Below are positions 38,561 to 42,769 of a DNA stretch of 42,769 nt, in pieces; position 1 is the first letter of the stretch; each line of letters opens with the position of its first letter. The notes beneath the pieces were generated by a model. It ran no database searches, was not told the DNA's origin, and saw only the letters and a program-made list of their open reading frames with translations. The stretch lies in assembly GCA_001779205.1 (NCBI GenBank), contig MFJM01000072.1, forward strand, positions 1-42,769, given 5' to 3'. A program made the translations under genes and the position numbers. Origin of the DNA: Candidatus Gottesmanbacteria bacterium RIFCSPHIGHO2_02_FULL_39_14 (GTDB taxonomy: Bacteria; Patescibacteriota; Microgenomatia; 2-02-FULL-39-11).

Positions 38561-40261
38561 ATGGAATTATCCCAGAAAATACTATCTATTCTCGTCGATC
38601 AGGGAGATATTAAAGAAACAGATGCCCAGGAAATCAGACAGTCAGCACTTAACTCAAATATCCCAATACTTGAAGTCTTGCAAAGAAAACGCCTGGTTAG
38701 CGAGGAGAAAATATTAGAAGCCAAAGCCAAAGCAATAGGAGTGGCCTATATAACCCTGTTGGGACGGGGCATTTCACCTGAAATACTAAACTATATACCT
38801 GAACCGGTTGCTAAAAAAAACAAACTTATACCGTTTGACTTTGATAAGGATAGCGGTCAATTGTGGGTAGCGATGACTGACCCTTTAAACTTACCGGTGA
38901 TTGAATTTTTGGAACAGAAGAGCGGCAAAAAGATTACTCCATTTTTAGCCAAAGAAGAAGATGTTACAGCTAAAATTGACCAGGAGTATTCCCAGAGTCT
39001 GGCTGTAGATGTATCAGAAGCTATTAAAGAGACAGCTACCGGACAGGTGCGGACGATTGAAGCTGAAAACATCGGCCAAATAATCAAAGAGGCGCCGATT
39101 GCAAAAATTGTCACCACCATACTTGAATATGCCATCCGCAATAAAGCTTCAGATATCCATATCGAGCCCCAGGAGACCAGAACCCGCGTCAGATACAGAA
39201 TTGACGGAATTTTACATGAAAAATTAGCCTTACCCCGGGCAGTTAACGAGGCTGTTATATCAAGAATTAAAATTCTGTCCAATATGAAAATTGATGAAAA
39301 AAGACTGCCGCAGGACGGTCGATTTAATTTTAAATTAGGCAGCGAAGAAGTAGATTTAAGAGTATCAACTTTACCGACCGTTTTTGGAGAAAAAGTTACT
39401 ATGAGATTACTGCCTAAAACGGGCGGTATTCCTTCCCTGCCTGAGTTGGGATTGTCAGGACCTTCTTTAAGAAATTTGGAGTTCGCCATCAGCCGTCCCC
39501 ATGGCATCATTCTTATTACCGGTCCAACGGGATCGGGTAAAACGACGACACTTTATTCTATTTTATCCAAGCTAAATAAAATTTCCGTAAATATTATTAC
39601 CTTGGAAGATCCGGTTGAATATGAAATTGTCGGATTAAACCAAGTGCAGGTTAATACGACTGCCGGTTTAACATTTGCCTCAGGCATGCGGGCATTTTTA
39701 CGCCAGGACCCAAACATAATTTTAGTCGGGGAAATCAGGGATAAGGAAACAACTGGATTGGCTATTCAGGCTGCTCTGACCGGTCATCTGGTTTTGTCAA
39801 CCTTACATACCAATAATGCAGCCACAGCCATTCCGAGACTGATTGATTTAGGTGCAGAACCCTTTTTAATAGTCTCGGTTCTTAATGTTGTCGGAGCCCA
39901 GAGGATTGTCAGAAGAATTTGCCAGGCGTGCCGTGAAGAGTTCATACCCGATCAGCTGACTTTAAATAAGATCAATAATGTCTTGGGTAAACTTTTACCA
40001 GAAACGGACAAGATCAGATTATATAAAGGCAAGGGTTGTAATGAATGCGGAAATAGCGGGTATATTGGCAGGATAGGTATCTTTGAGACTTTGCCGGTTT
40101 CTTCTGCGATAACAAAACTAATTTTTTCAAAAGCTTCAGCTGAAGAAATAGAAAAACAGGCAGTTGTTGAGGGTATGATTACCTTGAAACAGGACGGTTT
40201 TTTAAAATCGTTAAGCGGAATTACGACTTTGGAGGAAATTATCAGAGTCGCAGAGGAATAA
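38561..40261 (+). CDS. pilB: type IV pilus assembly ATPase (GspE/PilB family)
   Basis: N-terminal T2SSE_N-like domain, Walker A GPTGSGKTTTLYS, RQDPNIILVGEIRD, and a tetracysteine CQACR...CNECGNSG. I chose the ATG at 38561; the track start overlaps holB. Confidence 0.9.
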   Translation: MELSQKILSILVDQGDIKETDAQEIRQSALNSNIPILEVLQRKRLVSEEKILEAKAKAIGVAYITLLGRGISPEILNYIPEPVAKKNKLIPFDFDKDSGQLWVAMTDPLNLPVIEFLEQKSGKKITPFLAKEEDVTAKIDQEYSQSLAVDVSEAIKETATGQVRTIEAENIGQIIKEAPIAKIVTTILEYAIRNKASDIHIEPQETRTRVRYRIDGILHEKLALPRAVNEAVISRIKILSNMKIDEKRLPQDGRFNFKLGSEEVDLRVSTLPTVFGEKVTMRLLPKTGGIPSLPELGLSGPSLRNLEFAISRPHGIILITGPTGSGKTTTLYSILSKLNKISVNIITLEDPVEYEIVGLNQVQVNTTAGLTFASGMRAFLRQDPNIILVGEIRDKETTGLAIQAALTGHLVLSTLHTNNAATAIPRLIDLGAEPFLIVSVLNVVGAQRIVRRICQACREEFIPDQLTLNKINNVLGKLLPETDKIRLYKGKGCNECGNSGYIGRIGIFETLPVSSAITKLIFSKASAEEIEKQAVVEGMITLKQDGFLKSLSGITTLEEIIRVAEE

Positions 40262-40262
40262 A

Positions 40263-41327
40263 ATGGATATCAGAGAATTATTAGCCTTAACCATTAGCCG
40301 GGCAGCTTCGGATCTTCATCTGGTTTGCGATTATCCTCCTACTTTACGGATAAACGGAGAATTGAAACCAATGGTGACCTATCCCCTATTGAACTCCCCG
40401 ATGATTGAAGAGATGGTTAATGCCTGTCTAAATTCAGCCCAAAAAGAAATATTAAGCAATAACCGCGAAATTGATTTTTCCACCGTTTTTCAACTAAATA
40501 ACGGCGATAAATACCGTTTCAGGGGTAATGCCTATTTCCAGAGAGGAACTACTGCTGCTTCTTTCAGACTAATTCCGGCAAAAATCATGACCATCAGCGA
40601 ATTGAATTTACCCGAAATTTTCAATAATTTTACCCAACTTCGGGACGGTTTTGTTCTGTTAACAGGTCCGTCAGGGCAGGGAAAATCGACGACCATTGCT
40701 TCAATAATCCAGATGATTAATGAAAACCGCAGTGTTCATATCATATCCATTGAAGACCCGATTGAATATGAGTTTGTCAAAAAGAAGGCTATTATTTCTC
40801 AGAGAGAAATGTATCAGGATACCCATTCCTGGAGAAGCGCCTTAAAAAATGTTTTAAGAGAAGATCCGGATGTGGTTTATATTGGTGAAATGAGGGATTT
40901 TGAAACCATTTCGGCTGCCCTAACCATAGCTGAGACGGGTCATTTGGTTTTTTCAACCCTGCATACTAATTCGGCTTCCCAGACGGTTGACCGGATTATC
41001 GATATTTTTCCCTCTTCCCAACAACCTCAAGTCCGCATGCAATTATCCATGGTTTTGAGAGCCGTAGTGTCCCAAAGATTGGTACCGACTTCAGCCGGGA
41101 GCAGATTACCGGTTTGCGAAGTACTTTTGGGTAGCGATGCGGTTAAAAGTGCGATCAGGGACGGACATACCCATATGATTGATAATATCATTCAGACATC
41201 AATGGAGGCGGGAATGATGCTTTTCGAAGAACATTTGAGGCAGCGGGTGGAGAATAATTTGATTTCCCACGATGTGGCCATCCAGTATGCCTTACGGCCA
41301 GAAACATATCTGCAGCTTATTAGATAG
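40263..41327 (+). CDS. pilT: type IV pilus retraction ATPase
   Basis: ASDLHL, Walker A GPSGQGKSTT, REDPDVVYIGEMRD and GHLVFSTLHTNSA. 354 aa. Confidence 0.88.
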   Translation: MDIRELLALTISRAASDLHLVCDYPPTLRINGELKPMVTYPLLNSPMIEEMVNACLNSAQKEILSNNREIDFSTVFQLNNGDKYRFRGNAYFQRGTTAASFRLIPAKIMTISELNLPEIFNNFTQLRDGFVLLTGPSGQGKSTTIASIIQMINENRSVHIISIEDPIEYEFVKKKAIISQREMYQDTHSWRSALKNVLREDPDVVYIGEMRDFETISAALTIAETGHLVFSTLHTNSASQTVDRIIDIFPSSQQPQVRMQLSMVLRAVVSQRLVPTSAGSRLPVCEVLLGSDAVKSAIRDGHTHMIDNIIQTSMEAGMMLFEEHLRQRVENNLISHDVAIQYALRPETYLQLIR

Positions 41328-41338
41328 TAAAGAGTTTT

Positions 41339-42541
41339 ATGGCTAAATTTAAATATAAAGCCAGGCGTTCAGACAGCCGTCCGGCTGAAGGTTTTGTTGA
41401 GGCTGATAATCTTAAGCAGGCACAAAGTTTGCTGCATGAACGGGGCTATTTTATTATTTCCTTAAAAGAACAGGCCAGTAATATATTTTCTAACCAATTT
41501 ATTCCTCAGGGGATATCATTTCCGGAAATGGTTCATGTTACCCGCCAGTTATCAACGATGATTACCGCCGGTTTGAATATTGACGAAGCACTCCTTATTC
41601 TTATTCAGCAGGTTAAAAAAGCCAGACTTATAAACTTGCTTAAAAAAATTGAGGAAGAGGTCAGATCCGGTAAATCATTAACTTCCGCCCTGGAAAAATA
41701 TCCCAGAATTTTTTCACCGGTTTACCTGGCTTTGGTAAGAGCGGGAGAGGCCTCGGGTAAGCTGGATCTGGTTTTGGAAAGACTGGCCGATAATTTAGAG
41801 AAGAGTCGTGATTTCAGAAACAAAATAAAGGGAGCTCTTGTCTATCCTACTTTGATCGTATCAGGAATGGTAGTAGTTACTTTTATCGTCATGACGGTGG
41901 TTGTTCCACGCTTAACCGGATTATATAAAGAGTTTGATATAGAGTTACCATTGCCCACCAGATTGTTGATTGGGACCTCTGATTTTTTTGTAGCTAACTG
42001 GTATTACATACTGATTTTTGCCATAGTTTTTTTCTTACTGTTATTAAAGATAAGACAGTCGAAATACGGTCAATTCATAATAGCGACTTTCATGATGAAT
42101 ATTCCGATTTTCGGACCTATTTTCAAACAATCGACTTTGGTTGAAATAACCAAAACATTGGCTATTTTAATCGAGAGCGGTGTACCTATTTTGTCTGCAT
42201 TGGCTATAGCCCGCAATGCCACCAATAACATTATCTTTAAAGATGCTTTTGATTTGGCAGCCAAAAAGGTGGAAAAAGGATTTCCTTTATCGGATCCCTT
42301 GTTGGAGAATAAAATGATGCCGTCCATCTTGGGACAAATGGTGGCTATTGGCGAACACACGGGTAAACTGGGAGAATCGTTGACTAAATTATCCCGTTAT
42401 TTCGAGACGGAAGCCGACATTGCAGTGAGGACCTTGACAACTCTGATAGAGCCACTTATCATGGTTATATTAGGAGTCGGTGTAGGATTTTTAGTATTGG
42501 CAGTTTTACTACCAATATATTCGTTAACTAGCAAATTTTAA
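41339..42541 (+). CDS. pilC: type IV pilus platform protein (GspF/PilC family)
   Basis: Two T2SSF-like repeats (SLTSALEKYPRIFSPVYLALVRAGEASGKLD and GFPLSDPLLENKMMPSILGQMVAIGEHTGKL) and 3 TM segments. 400 aa. Confidence 0.9.
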   Translation: MAKFKYKARRSDSRPAEGFVEADNLKQAQSLLHERGYFIISLKEQASNIFSNQFIPQGISFPEMVHVTRQLSTMITAGLNIDEALLILIQQVKKARLINLLKKIEEEVRSGKSLTSALEKYPRIFSPVYLALVRAGEASGKLDLVLERLADNLEKSRDFRNKIKGALVYPTLIVSGMVVVTFIVMTVVVPRLTGLYKEFDIELPLPTRLLIGTSDFFVANWYYILIFAIVFFLLLLKIRQSKYGQFIIATFMMNIPIFGPIFKQSTLVEITKTLAILIESGVPILSALAIARNATNNIIFKDAFDLAAKKVEKGFPLSDPLLENKMMPSILGQMVAIGEHTGKLGESLTKLSRYFETEADIAVRTLTTLIEPLIMVILGVGVGFLVLAVLLPIYSLTSKF

Positions 42542-42571
42542 TAATATTTTAAACTATTAAGGAGGTCGATT

Positions 42572-42769
42572 ATGAAGACAAAAATAAAATTTAGGAGTGG
42601 CTTCACATTAATAGAAATATTGGTGGTAGTAGCTTTGATGGGGGCATTGTTTATTGGAATCCTGGCTTCGATTGATCCGTTGGAGCAATTGAAGAAGGGA
42701 ACCGATACTTCAAGAAGGAATTCTACGGCAGAAATATATAACGGCATGGTCCGATATTATTCAGTCAAG
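42572..42769 (+). CDS. type IV pilin/pseudopilin, 3' partial
   Basis: Read by hand. SD AAGGAGG lies 7 nt upstream of the ATG. Prepilin signature MKTKIKFRSG/FTLIEILVVVALMGAL (cleavage after Gly, then an F-T-L-I-E N-terminus). Open to the window edge. Confidence 0.8.
   Translation, partial: MKTKIKFRSGFTLIEILVVVALMGALFIGILASIDPLEQLKKGTDTSRRNSTAEIYNGMVRYYSVK

Noticed and set aside
38857-39510. 217-aa ORF antisense to pilB. Similar antisense ORFs are 3434..3766 in ssb, 34790..35071 in hppA, 36285..36635 in gyrB, 15112..15453 in dnaB, 42070..42360 in pilC and 42538..42747 over the pilin start.
   Set aside because: All lie entirely inside strongly supported genes on the opposite strand. They have low-complexity, Ser/Pro/Leu-rich translations typical of antisense frames, and no start context. 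I treat them as shadow ORFs.

Overview
This 42,769-bp window comes from a compact, AT-rich bacterial chromosome that uses the standard genetic code: TGA clearly terminates cysS, the S41 protease and htrA. I count about 50 protein genes and one tRNA. There is very little intergenic DNA, many 4-nt start/stop overlaps, and several convergent gene-end overlaps. Most content is housekeeping. It includes cysS (5' partial), rpsF-ssb-rpsR, S41 and HtrA proteases, rpmE-prfA, hisS, an M24 peptidase, dnaB, tRNA-Leu(CAA) and pepA. It also includes an MFS transporter, lgt, a DksA/TraR zinc finger, an RluA-family synthase, yebC, folD, gyrA, a membrane pyrophosphatase, gyrB and a short holB. A type IV pilus block (pilB-pilT-pilC-pilin) runs off the 3' edge. 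The short holB, an RF1 lacking domain 1, the pilus genes, the many small secreted or membrane-anchored hypothetical proteins and the overlapping gene ends fit a reduced-genome lineage such as Patescibacteria/CPR. That assignment is inference only, because no search could be run. Two places do not look like housekeeping. (1) At 17.8-18.8 kb, a 64-aa peptide ORF with 8 Cys in its last 31 residues converges on and overlaps an HPr-kinase-like P-loop gene just downstream of tRNA-Leu. (2) At 27.3-30.4 kb lies the only large ORF-free gap (760 bp, AT-rich, with four degenerate repeat modules and two conserved-stem hairpins). It is followed by a near-consensus promoter, a perfect 11-6-11 palindrome with dif-like architecture, and an operon of tyrosine recombinase, a 146-aa nuclease-fold-like ORF and a second tyrosine recombinase. 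All product calls come from motif recognition by eye. The ORF track translates alternative start codons as M, and I checked start codons against the sequence for most genes.
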